Shown here piece by piece: positions 39,589-48,292 of a stretch of 64,000 nt of DNA. Origin of the DNA: an uncultured Chloroflexia bacterium (GTDB lineage: Bacteria > Chloroflexota > Limnocylindria > Limnocylindrales > CSP1-4); the NCBI GenBank assembly GCA_963764515.1, contig CAVXSS010000002.1:1313044-1377043 (forward strand). Reading direction: 5' to 3'. Each line of letters begins with the position of its first letter. The stretch's first letter is position 1. The translations under genes and the position numbers were made by a program. Below the pieces are notes generated by a model, which searched no databases, was not told the DNA's origin, and worked only from the letters and a program-made list of their open reading frames with translations.

Positions 39589-39813
39589 TCAGCCGGGCAG
39601 CTGTCCTCCGCATGCCGAGCACGTGTCGGAGGTCACGAGATTGCCGATCCCGCACGACGGGCAACGCTTCATCCCCTCGGTGGCGATGGCGAACGGACTC
39701 TCGCGTCGGAGAGCCTCGAGGGCGCGTCGCTGCCTGCGCATGATGACGATGCTGCCGACGATGCCGACAGCGGCGGCCACGATGATGAGCAGAAGCGCGG
39801 TGGTCGTATCCAC
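39589..39813 (-). CDS. small membrane protein with C-terminal zinc-ribbon (74 aa)
   Basis: TM helix ALLLIIVAAAVGIVGSIVIM, then CPSCG...CSACGG. GTG start. Embedded in a longer, implausible 271-aa table ORF. Confidence 0.35.
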   Translation of the reverse strand: MDTTTALLLIIVAAAVGIVGSIVIMRRQRRALEALRRESPFAIATEGMKRCPSCGIGNLVTSDTCSACGGQLPG

Positions 39814-39934
39814 GTGTGGCCCCCTCGGACTGGGTGGCGCCGGCTCCCCTGATCCGGGCCCCGCCGCAAGCGTAGCGGCCGTCCGGTAGACGCGCCAACG
39901 GTCGCCGTCGCGTGCCGGTGCGCCCTCGCACCAA

Positions 39935-41143
39935 GTGCGACACCCCGCTACGATGGGCCATGTGACCGCCTCACCCGAGCCGAGCGGGTCGCCAACGTAC
40001 CGCCTCACTGAGGCGCAGCGCGACCTCCGCGACGCGGTCAGGATCGTCGCCGACGAGATCGTGGCGCCACGCGCCGCCGAGATCGACCGAACGGCCGAGT
40101 TCCCGCAGGACCTCCGGCGACTCCTTGCCGCGCAGGACATCCTGGCGCTCCCGTTCCCGGTCGAGCACGGCGGCCTCGGCGGGGAGCTGCTCAACGTCTG
40201 CCTCGCGGTCGAGCAACTGAGTCGCGCGTGTGCCACGACCGGGCTGATCCTCGCCGTCCAGGAGCTGGGCTCTCTGCCGCTGCTGCTCGCGGGCACCCCG
40301 GACCAGCAGGCGCGCTGGTTCCCGGCCCTGGCATCGGGCGAGCACCTCATCGCGTTTGCCCTGACCGAGGCCGAGGCGGGCTCCGATGCCGCCGCGGCCC
40401 GCACGACGGCCGTCCCAGACGGCGACGACTACGTCATCACCGGTTCCAAACGCTTCATCAGCCAGGGTTCCGTGGCGGATCTCATCACGGTCTTCGCCGT
40501 CACCGACCCCGCGGCTCCGCGCCACGGTCGGCTCTCATGCTTCATCGTCGAGGTGCCAACCGAGGGTTTCAGCGTCGCGCGCGTCGAGCACAAGATGGGT
40601 ATCCGTGGCAGCCCCACCGCCGAGCTCGCGTTCGATCGCGTCCGCGTCCCGGCAGCGAATTGGGTCGGTGCGGAAGGCGACGGCTGGGATCTCGCCATGC
40701 GCACGCTCGATCGCAGCCGGCCGGCGATCGCAGCCCAGGCCGTCGGGATCGCGCAGGGCGCCCTCGAGGTCGCCACCGCCTACGCCCGCGAGCGCAAGCA
40801 GTTCGGCCAGCGCATCGGCGATTTCCAGCAGGTCGGGGCGATGCTCGCCGACATGGACGCGGGAACCGAGGCCGCGCGGCAGCTGCTCTACAAGGCCTGC
40901 ACCGAGATCGATGCCGGGGCGCCGGACGCCGGGCGATGGTCGGCGATGTGTAAACTCGTCGCCGGTGACAACGCCATGCGGGTCACGACCGACGCCGTCC
41001 AGGTGATGGGCGGTTATGGCTATATCGATGAGTTCCCCGTCGAGCGGATGATGCGCGACGCGAAGATCACCCAGCTCTACGAGGGAACACAGCAGATCCA
41101 GCGCCTCGTGCTGGCCCGGGCGATGCTCGGCAAGGGCGGCTGA
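39935..41143 (+). CDS. acyl-CoA dehydrogenase
   Basis: ACAD three-domain layout with a catalytic base region (YEGTQQIQRLVLARAM) and FAD-binding motifs. 402 aa; the start may be at 39953. Confidence 0.9.
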   Translation: MRHPATMGHVTASPEPSGSPTYRLTEAQRDLRDAVRIVADEIVAPRAAEIDRTAEFPQDLRRLLAAQDILALPFPVEHGGLGGELLNVCLAVEQLSRACATTGLILAVQELGSLPLLLAGTPDQQARWFPALASGEHLIAFALTEAEAGSDAAAARTTAVPDGDDYVITGSKRFISQGSVADLITVFAVTDPAAPRHGRLSCFIVEVPTEGFSVARVEHKMGIRGSPTAELAFDRVRVPAANWVGAEGDGWDLAMRTLDRSRPAIAAQAVGIAQGALEVATAYARERKQFGQRIGDFQQVGAMLADMDAGTEAARQLLYKACTEIDAGAPDAGRWSAMCKLVAGDNAMRVTTDAVQVMGGYGYIDEFPVERMMRDAKITQLYEGTQQIQRLVLARAMLGKGG

Positions 41144-41180
41144 ACGATCGGGGAGGGTTCACGTCCTGTTACGCATCGTC

Positions 41181-41960
41181 GTGTTCACGAAGCCAGTGCC
41201 CGATCCGGCATCCGCAGGCGAGCGGCTGGGCGCCGACGGCCGACTTGATCGCGCCGCCGTGCCGGCCGTCATCAACGGCAACGACGAATATGCGCTCGAA
41301 GCGGCGCTCAAGCTCGTCGAGGCAGCCGGTGAGGGCGAGGTGACGCTCCTGACGATGGCCCAGGCGAACGCGCCCGAGACGATCCGGAAGGCGCTCGCGA
41401 TGGGTGCGACGCGGGGCGTGCTGGTCACGGACCCGGCCCTGGCAGGCTCCTGCGTCGTCTCGACCACCCAGGTCCTCGCGGCGGCGCTCAAGACGCTCGA
41501 ATTCGATCTCGCGATCGCCGGGGTGGACACGTCCGATGGGGTCGCGGGCGTCGTGCCGGCCGGGATCGCGGCGCTCAACGGGCTCCCGTATCTGTCCTAT
41601 GCCGCCAGGATCGAACCGGACGTGGCATCACGGACGGTCCGGGTGCGACGGATCACGCCGACCGGTTACGACCTGCTCGAGGCACCGATGCCCGCGCTGA
41701 TCAGTGGGACACAGGCGCTCGGAGAGCCGCGATACCCGTCGCTCAAGGGGATCATGGCGGCGCGTTCCAAGGAGATCACGACGCTCTCCCTCGTGGATCT
41801 CGGCCTCGATGCCTCGACGGTCGGCGGCGCCGCCGCAACGACGAAGCTCGTCGATTCGCGGCCGCCCGAGGCTCGTGCCGCGACGCGTGTCGTTCGTGAG
41901 CCGGCCGACGAGGCCGCCCGCCAGATCGTCGCGTTCCTCGCGGAACGGAGGCTGGTCTGA
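41181..41960 (+). CDS. etfB: electron transfer flavoprotein beta subunit
   Basis: N-terminus IVVFTKPVPD and ETFB architecture. GTG start; it may lie 18 nt upstream. Confidence 0.85.
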   Translation: MFTKPVPDPASAGERLGADGRLDRAAVPAVINGNDEYALEAALKLVEAAGEGEVTLLTMAQANAPETIRKALAMGATRGVLVTDPALAGSCVVSTTQVLAAALKTLEFDLAIAGVDTSDGVAGVVPAGIAALNGLPYLSYAARIEPDVASRTVRVRRITPTGYDLLEAPMPALISGTQALGEPRYPSLKGIMAARSKEITTLSLVDLGLDASTVGGAAATTKLVDSRPPEARAATRVVREPADEAARQIVAFLAERRLV

Positions 41961-42925
41961 TGTGGCGCCTGCTCGTGGTGGGCGAGGTCGCTCCCGACGG
42001 CACGCTCACGAAGCTCTCCACCGAGGTGGCGACGCTCGCTCGGGCGCTTGCCGAGGCGGCCGGCATCACGGTATCCGGTGTCGTCCACGGCGCGGATGCA
42101 GACGCGGCCGCCGGGGAACTGGCGCGGTTCCTTCCCGCGGTCCAGGTCGATCGGCGGCTCGACCGCGCCGCGTCGGCCGCGACGATCGCCGCCGCGCTCT
42201 CGACGATGGTCGACGTCGGCGATGTCGTGCTGCTCGGGGCAAGTCCGAATGGCCGTGATATCGCGGGAACGCTGTGCGGCCTGGTCGGGATGGGTGTCCT
42301 CGCCAACGCCGTCGGCGCCCGTTGGACCGACGACGGACCGGTCGTGGAGGTCAACGCATTCGGCGGAAAGCTCATCACCGAGAGCGCGTTTACGAGAGAG
42401 GGCGGCATCATCACGGTCCGTCCGAATGCGGTGACCGCCGAACCGCTCGCGACGGGCGGTGCCACGAAGGACGTTGCACCGAACGACATCCCAGCGATGC
42501 GCGAGGTCCGGGTCGTGGAGCATGTCGACGAGGCAGGCGTCGCGGTCTCGATCGACGACGCGCGGATCATCGTGGCCGGAGGTCGCGGGGTCGGTGGGCC
42601 GGACGGGTTCAAGCTCATCGAGGACCTGGCCGAAGCGCTGGGTGGCGCGGTCGGGGCGACGCGCGCGGCGGTCGATTCGGGTTGGATCCCCTACGGCCAG
42701 CAGATCGGGCAGACCGGCAAGATCGTGAAGCCGCAGCTGTACCTCGCACTCGGGATCAGCGGCGCGATCCAGCACAAGGTCGGGATGCAGACGTCGGAGA
42801 CGATCGTGGCGATCAACCGCGACCCGGATTCGCCGATCGCCGACTTTGCTGACCTCTTCGTCGTGGGCGATCTGTTCGAGGTGGGTCCGGCGCTCCTGGC
42901 GGAGCTCCGGTCACGCCCCGGCTGA
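41960..42925 (+). CDS. etfA: electron transfer flavoprotein alpha subunit
   Basis: FAD-binding C-domain (IVAGGRGVGGPDGFKLIEDLAEALGGAVGATRAAVD, AINRDPDSPI). TGATG overlap with etfB. Confidence 0.9.
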   Translation: MWRLLVVGEVAPDGTLTKLSTEVATLARALAEAAGITVSGVVHGADADAAAGELARFLPAVQVDRRLDRAASAATIAAALSTMVDVGDVVLLGASPNGRDIAGTLCGLVGMGVLANAVGARWTDDGPVVEVNAFGGKLITESAFTREGGIITVRPNAVTAEPLATGGATKDVAPNDIPAMREVRVVEHVDEAGVAVSIDDARIIVAGGRGVGGPDGFKLIEDLAEALGGAVGATRAAVDSGWIPYGQQIGQTGKIVKPQLYLALGISGAIQHKVGMQTSETIVAINRDPDSPIADFADLFVVGDLFEVGPALLAELRSRPG

Positions 42926-42946
42926 GCGCGACAGGTACCCGGACAC

Positions 42947-43486
42947 ATGACCGTCGACTGGATCGACCTGCTGCCGATCCTCGCGTTCGTCGCCCTGGCA
43001 GCGGGCCTCGCGGTCGTGTTCCGCCGGACGGGATCGATCGTCGCCCGCACGCGAGAGGCGGAAGGCTTCCGATCCTCCGTCCGTGACCTCGCGGCACGCA
43101 TCGACGTCTCGCTCGCCGGCGCGTCGAGCCGTATCGACCAGGTCCGACACCACCAGCTGACGCCCGAGGACATCTCCGACACGCTCGTGGTCGCTTCCGA
43201 TGCGGTGGATCGCTATCTTGCCGAAGCGCGCGCCCTGCACGCGCCCGCGGCCGCGGTCGAGATCCGCGATGCCCTCATCGCGCAGCTGGAGCGGGCAGGC
43301 CGGGCGCTCGCGACGGTCGAACACGGGGCCGCGATCATGTCCACGGTCCGAGGTGGGGCGCGCCAATCGGAGGCGCAGACCTCCATCAAGCGAGGCTACC
43401 TGAATCTCCTCCACGCCAGGGAGGCGATCGCCACCGAAGCGAGTCGTGCCGACGACCTCGCGACCCGCCGCGACCACACCATGTAG
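42947..43486 (+). CDS. hypothetical membrane-anchored protein
   Basis: N-terminal TM (LLPILAFVALAAGLAVVF) followed by a helical soluble domain. No family assignment. Confidence 0.5.
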   Translation: MTVDWIDLLPILAFVALAAGLAVVFRRTGSIVARTREAEGFRSSVRDLAARIDVSLAGASSRIDQVRHHQLTPEDISDTLVVASDAVDRYLAEARALHAPAAAVEIRDALIAQLERAGRALATVEHGAAIMSTVRGGARQSEAQTSIKRGYLNLLHAREAIATEASRADDLATRRDHTM

Positions 43487-43498
43487 TGGTATGCTCGG

Positions 43499-43527
43499 GT
43501 CACACCACAACAGCTAGTGGTGGTGAC
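43499..43527. promoter_or_regulatory. imperfect inverted repeat upstream of nrdR (candidate operator)
   Basis: GTCACACCAC-aacagctagt-GGTGGTGAC lies 17 nt upstream of the nrdR ATG. It is not AT-rich like canonical NrdR boxes, so its identity is unknown. Confidence 0.3.
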
Positions 43528-43543
43528 CGACCGAAGGAGCGCG

Positions 43544-44023
43544 ATGCGTTGCCCCCAGTGCGGCGAGCGCGAGACCCGCGTGGTCGACTCCCGCGACCTC
43601 GATGACTCCGCCACGATCCGTCGTCGACGCGAGTGCTCGTCCTGTGCGATGCGATTCACGACCTACGAGCGCGTCGAGGCTGCCCGCCTCGTCGTCATCA
43701 AGCGTGACGGATCGCGCCAGGAGTTCGACCGCGACCGGCTCGTCTCCGGTCTTCGCAAGGCGCTGACTCGCCGGCCGGTGCCCTCGGGCGCGGCCGAGGC
43801 GGCCGCGGACGCGATCGAGGCCGAGCTGCGCTCGTCGGGTACGAGCGAGGTGCCGTCCTCGAAGGTCGGCGCGATGGCGATGGATCAGCTGCGCGCCATC
43901 GACCAGATCGCCTACATCCGCTTCGCCAGCGTCTACGAGAGCTTCGAGGATCTCGAGGCGCTCAAGCGCGAGGTCGACAACCTGTACGAAGAGCGAGGCT
44001 CGCCCGGAGCCCTCGAGCCATGA
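43544..44023 (+). CDS. nrdR: transcriptional repressor NrdR
   Basis: MRCPQCGERETRVVDSRDLDDSATIRRRRECSSCAMRFTTYERVE zinc ribbon plus ATP-cone. The ATG at 43544 is preferred over the table start at 43517. Confidence 0.9.
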   Translation: MRCPQCGERETRVVDSRDLDDSATIRRRRECSSCAMRFTTYERVEAARLVVIKRDGSRQEFDRDRLVSGLRKALTRRPVPSGAAEAAADAIEAELRSSGTSEVPSSKVGAMAMDQLRAIDQIAYIRFASVYESFEDLEALKREVDNLYEERGSPGALEP

Positions 44024-45657
44024 GCGTCCTCTCGGATCGCGACATCCGCGCCGAGCTCGAGAGCGGTCGCGTCGTCATCCGCCCGTACGACTCGCACGAC
44101 CTGCAACCATCGTCGGTGGACCTGCATCTCGACCACAGCTTCCGTGTCTTCCGAAACAACCGCTATCCGTACATCGATGTCCGGGCGCCGCAGCCGGACC
44201 TGACCGAGCTGCTGACCGTCGAGGAAGACGAGCAATTCATCCTGCACCCCGGCGAGTTCGTGCTCGGACAGACCCACGAATGGGTGGAATTGCCGGACGA
44301 CCTTGTGGCCCGGCTGGAGGGCAAGGCGCTTGCCCTCGATACGCCGATCCCGACGCCATCCGGCTGGCGAACGATGGGCGACCTGGCGCCGGGCGACCAC
44401 GTCTTCGACGAGACCGGTGCCCCGACGGCCGTGGTGGCAGCAACGCCCCGGATGGTCGGCCGCCCGTGCCGCGAGGTGGTGTTCTCGGATGGGACGCGCA
44501 TCGTCGCCGATGCCTCCCATCAGTGGGTGACCGTCGACAAGAACGGTCGACATCAGGGACGCTCGCGGGCCGCGATCCGGACAACGGACGAGATCGCCCG
44601 ATCGCTGCGGATCCGTGGCGAGATGAACCATCACGTCCAGCTCGCCGGGCCGGTCCAGTACCCGCCGCGCCTGGACCTGCCGATCGAGCCGTACACCTTC
44701 GGCGCCTGGCTCGGTGACGGGACGACGACAAAGGCGGAGATCACATCGGTCGATGAGGAGGTTCTCGAACAGATCAGCGGGGACGGGTTCACGGTCAGAC
44801 GGCTGTCGTATGCGCCGCATGCCTATCGGATCGGAGAGGCTGGCCACACTCGCGATCTGGCCACGGGCCGCTATGCGCGGAATTCGTCCCTCTCGAGCCG
44901 GCTGCGATCCATGGGCGAGCTCGACGGCAAGTTCGTGCCCCGCCCGTATCTCGAGGCCGGCGTCGCTCAAAGGCTGGCGCTGCTCCAGGGACTCATGGAC
45001 ACCGACGGCTTCGTCGACGATATTGCCGGGCGCTGCGAGTTCACGAACACGAATGAGGGCATCGCCGACGCGGTCGTCGAACTAAGCGCGAGCCTTGGCT
45101 TCCGCCCGGTCAAGTCGATCGGACGGGCGACGTTGAATGGCGTCGACCACGGCCCGAAGTATCGAGTGAAGTTCACGCCGGATCGACCCGTCTTCCGACT
45201 CCCGAGGAAGCTGGCGCGCCAGAAGCCGGCCGACGCTCGGTATCACCGGTTCCGCGCCATCGACGTCGTTCTCGATGTGCCCTCGGTCCCGGTCCGCTGC
45301 ATCCAGGTCGCCGCACCCAGCGGCATGTTCCTCGCCTCGAGGTCGTTCATCCCGACGCACAACAGCTCACTCGGCCGGCTGGGCCTGCTCATCCACTCGA
45401 CGGCGGGCTACGTGGATCCCGGTTGGAAGGGCAACCTTACGCTCGAGCTGTCGAACGTCGCGAACCTGCCGATCGCCCTATACCAGGGGATGCGCATCGG
45501 CCAGATCTCGTTCTTCCGCATGTCGTCCCCGGTGGAGCGGCCATACGGATCGCCCGAGCTCGGGTCGAAGTACCAGGGGCAGTCGGAGCCGACGGCATCT
45601 GCCTTCCATCGCGATTTCGACGCCGGTCGCAAGACCGGGGAGCCGTCGCGGAACTAG
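44020..45657 (+). CDS. dcd: dCTP deaminase (Dcd) interrupted by an in-frame intein (545-aa precursor; exteins 102 + 97 aa)
   Basis: N-extein MSVLSDRDIRAELESGRVVIRPYD...HPGEFVLGQTHEWVELPDDLVARLEGK and C-extein SSLGRLGLLIHSTAGYVDPGWKGNLTLELSNVANLPIALYQGMRIGQISFF are collinear with Dcd (EGK|SSLxRLGL junction). The intervening 346 aa have intein blocks. ATGA overlap with nrdR. Confidence 0.85.
   Translation: MSVLSDRDIRAELESGRVVIRPYDSHDLQPSSVDLHLDHSFRVFRNNRYPYIDVRAPQPDLTELLTVEEDEQFILHPGEFVLGQTHEWVELPDDLVARLEGKALALDTPIPTPSGWRTMGDLAPGDHVFDETGAPTAVVAATPRMVGRPCREVVFSDGTRIVADASHQWVTVDKNGRHQGRSRAAIRTTDEIARSLRIRGEMNHHVQLAGPVQYPPRLDLPIEPYTFGAWLGDGTTTKAEITSVDEEVLEQISGDGFTVRRLSYAPHAYRIGEAGHTRDLATGRYARNSSLSSRLRSMGELDGKFVPRPYLEAGVAQRLALLQGLMDTDGFVDDIAGRCEFTNTNEGIADAVVELSASLGFRPVKSIGRATLNGVDHGPKYRVKFTPDRPVFRLPRKLARQKPADARYHRFRAIDVVLDVPSVPVRCIQVAAPSGMFLASRSFIPTHNSSLGRLGLLIHSTAGYVDPGWKGNLTLELSNVANLPIALYQGMRIGQISFFRMSSPVERPYGSPELGSKYQGQSEPTASAFHRDFDAGRKTGEPSRN
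44326..45363 (+). mobile_element. intein (class-3-like, WCT motif) with LAGLIDADG homing endonuclease, inserted in dcd
   Basis: Block A ALALDTPIPTPSGW (Ala1). Block B RIVADASHQW (W at B12). Endonuclease motifs YTFGAWLGDGTT and LALLQGLMDTDGFV. Block F VPVRCIQV (Cys at F4). Block G FIPTHN followed by Ser+1. Confidence 0.8.
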
Positions 45658-45661
45658 CGCC

Positions 45662-46522
45662 ATGGCCATGAACGACGCGGTCGACTGGCGGGCGGACCTG
45701 GGCGGCGGCGTCCATGTCGCACTCGTGCAGGCGGGTGTCTTCCGCTCCGACGCCGGCACGCTGTTCGGGCCGGTGCCGTGGGTCCTGTGGGGCGGGCTCG
45801 TCGAGGACGAGGTCGACGACAAGCGACGACTGCTCCAGGCGCTCAACTGCCTGCTCATCGAAACCACGGGCGGCCGGGTGCTCGTCGAGACGGGCATCGG
45901 CGAACGCGTCGACGACAAGACCCGCGCGATGCGGGCCTACGAGGGCCCATGGATCGTGGCCGCGCTGGAGACGGCCGGGTTCCTGCCGGAGACCGTGAAC
46001 GTCGTGGCGATGAGCCATCTCCATTTCGACCATGCCGGCGGGCTCTTGCGAGCCGACGGATCGCGCGCCTTCCCGCACGCGAAGATCGTCGCCCAGAAGG
46101 CGGAGTGGGAGGTGGCCCTCGGCGACAATCCACGCCTCGTCGCCTCGTACGTGCAACCGGAACTCGAGCTCGTGAAGGATTGGGGCGCGCAGGGCTGGGC
46201 CGACGGCGAGCGCGAGATCCTGCCCGGGGTATCGGTCATCCCGACCGGCGGCCATTCCACGGGCCACCAGGCGATCGTCGTGCGCGCACCGGGCGGCCGG
46301 ACGCTGGGCTTCTTCGGGGACCTGCTGATGCGGCCGTGGGCGGCGAACCCGCGCTGGGTGACGGCATTCGACGACTTCCCGCTCGATTCGGTCGCCCGCA
46401 AGGTCGAGCTTTTCGCGCAGGCCGTCGATGAGGACTGGACGATCGTGCTATCGCACGAGCAGCGGCACCCGATCGGTCGCCTCGTGCGTGACCGGGACCG
46501 GTTCCGCTTCGAACCCGAGTAG
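45662..46522 (+). CDS. MBL-fold metallo-hydrolase
   Basis: HxHxDH motif (SHLHFDHAGG) and downstream His/Asp ligands (GGHSTGH). 286 aa. Confidence 0.8.
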   Translation: MAMNDAVDWRADLGGGVHVALVQAGVFRSDAGTLFGPVPWVLWGGLVEDEVDDKRRLLQALNCLLIETTGGRVLVETGIGERVDDKTRAMRAYEGPWIVAALETAGFLPETVNVVAMSHLHFDHAGGLLRADGSRAFPHAKIVAQKAEWEVALGDNPRLVASYVQPELELVKDWGAQGWADGEREILPGVSVIPTGGHSTGHQAIVVRAPGGRTLGFFGDLLMRPWAANPRWVTAFDDFPLDSVARKVELFAQAVDEDWTIVLSHEQRHPIGRLVRDRDRFRFEPE

Positions 46523-46559
46523 GGCGGGCGGCCAGCCCGCCGGGCCCGCCGTTTCCTCC

Positions 46560-46760
46560 CAGATGTTCTTCAGGCGGTCACTCGACAGGGGATTCGTGTC
46601 AGATGTGCGCCCCACGGATCATCTGACAGATCCTTCGCCGCGACCCGAGCGTGGGCCGTGCTCAAGCTGCCGATGAAAGCGCCGCTCGCCCTGTCCAATG
46701 ACCGTGTGAGTGTCATTTGACAGAAACTTCGGGCACGTGTCGGACCCCGCGGGGCCTGTC
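46560..46760. repeat. palindrome-rich intergenic region between convergent genes (locus d, related to the dispersed repeat family)
   Basis: GTCAGATG-N14-CATCTGAC (containing TGCGCCCCACGG, as in locus a) and TGTCA-TT-TGACAGAAAC. It may double as a bidirectional terminator. Confidence 0.4.
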
Positions 46761-47468
46761 CTACCCGGTGGGACCCGGGGAGGGGACCGAGGTCGAGGGC
46801 GACCCAGGCGGCAGCATCGATTCGATCAGCGCAGCCGCGCCGGCCTCGTCGACCGGGCCGTTGACGACCTGCCGGACGATCCCATCGGTCCCGATGAAGA
46901 ACTGGGTCGGCAGGGCATAGACCCGGTAGGTGTGGAACACGTCGCCCGACGCGTCGAAACCGATCGTGTAGTGGAGCTGGTAGCGCTCGGCATACGCGGC
47001 GATGTCGGTCGGGGTGGTCTCCTGGACGCTGATGCCGACGATCTCCAGCCCTCGGTCGCGGTACCGCTCAGAGAGGTCGCGCAGGACCGGCGTTTCGTGC
47101 TGGCACGGCGGGCACCAGCTCGCCCAGAAGTTGAGCCAGACGACCTTGCCGCGCAGGTCGGCCAACCGGATCGGGTGACCGTCCAGGTCGGTCAGCTGGA
47201 AGGTGCCCCCGTCCTGGAGCGGGACCGCCAGCTCCGGCGCGAGACTGCCCGGTCGCAGGCCCTCGGTGGGAGCGCCGATGAGAAACGGCGTGGCGCGTGG
47301 ATCGGTCAGGACGGTGCCACCGGTCGTTCCGAGAGGCGTCGTGATGCCGACCAGCACGACGACGGCAAAGACGATCGCCACGAACGCGGCCAGGAGCTGC
47401 CGCCCGCTGAATGGACCGACGAGGCCATGACGCTCCCGTTGATGGGTGAACCCCGGTCGCTCGGACAA
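46761..47468 (-). CDS. thiol-disulfide oxidoreductase, TlpA/ResA-like (thioredoxin fold)
   Basis: Membrane anchor plus WASWCPPC active site. 235 aa. Confidence 0.8.
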   Translation of the reverse strand: MSERPGFTHQRERHGLVGPFSGRQLLAAFVAIVFAVVVLVGITTPLGTTGGTVLTDPRATPFLIGAPTEGLRPGSLAPELAVPLQDGGTFQLTDLDGHPIRLADLRGKVVWLNFWASWCPPCQHETPVLRDLSERYRDRGLEIVGISVQETTPTDIAAYAERYQLHYTIGFDASGDVFHTYRVYALPTQFFIGTDGIVRQVVNGPVDEAGAAALIESMLPPGSPSTSVPSPGPTG

Positions 47469-47469
47469 C

Positions 47470-48288
47470 CTAGATCGCCGTGTTGAAGTTGAACCATTGA
47501 GGCATCAGCGCCAGCCAGTCGAAGACCATCGCGACCCCGATGAACGCGACCAGCAGCCCGCCGATCAGCGAAACGGCGCGCCCGTGGCGGACGAGCGGGC
47601 GGAGCAGCCCGGGTGCGCGGTCGTAGACCAGCGCGATCGCGAGGAACGGGAGCCCGAGGCCCAGCGTGTACGCGACCAGCAGGATCGTGCCCTGGAGCAT
47701 CGTGGACGAGGTCGCCGCCATCGTCAGGATGCCGCCGAGGATGATCCCGATGCACGGCGACCAGCCGACCGCGAAGATCGCCCCGAGCCCGAACGACGCC
47801 AGCCAGCCCCCACGCGCACTGACGAGTCTCCCGCCGAGGCGGTCGGCGGCGGTCGGGCCGGCTCCCGAGCCCGCGAGCGAGATCGAGCCTGTGGCGGTCG
47901 CGAGGGACCCGGCGGCACCGGCATCCAGCGGCCGCCAGGTCCGCTCGAGGGCCGAGATGCGCAGGATGCCCGCGAGATTCAAGCCCAGCACGATGAGGAT
48001 GACCCCGCCGACCGTGCGCAGCGGGTCGAGGTAGTCGACCAGCGGGCCCGCGAGGAACGTGGCGGTCACCCCGAGGAACGTGAACACGGCGCCGAACCCG
48101 GCGACATAGGCGAGAGCGTGCCGCATGGCGGTCCATCTCGACGGCGTTCGGCCCTCGGCCGACGACGCGACCGCGATCGCGGTCAGCTGGCCGAGGTAGG
48201 CCGGCACCAACGGCAGCACGCACGGCGACAGGAAGCTGATCACCCCCGCGGCAAGGGCGACCAGGATCGTCAGGTCCGTCCCGTTCAT
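47470..48288 (-). CDS. ccdA: cytochrome c-type biogenesis protein CcdA (DsbD family)
   Basis: Six TM helices with the two conserved Cys (FLSPCVLPLVP; GWSPCIGIILG). Start taken at MNGTDL; the table N-extension is rejected. Confidence 0.85.
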   Translation of the reverse strand: MNGTDLTILVALAAGVISFLSPCVLPLVPAYLGQLTAIAVASSAEGRTPSRWTAMRHALAYVAGFGAVFTFLGVTATFLAGPLVDYLDPLRTVGGVILIVLGLNLAGILRISALERTWRPLDAGAAGSLATATGSISLAGSGAGPTAADRLGGRLVSARGGWLASFGLGAIFAVGWSPCIGIILGGILTMAATSSTMLQGTILLVAYTLGLGLPFLAIALVYDRAPGLLRPLVRHGRAVSLIGGLLVAFIGVAMVFDWLALMPQWFNFNTAI

Positions 48289-48292
48289 GCGG

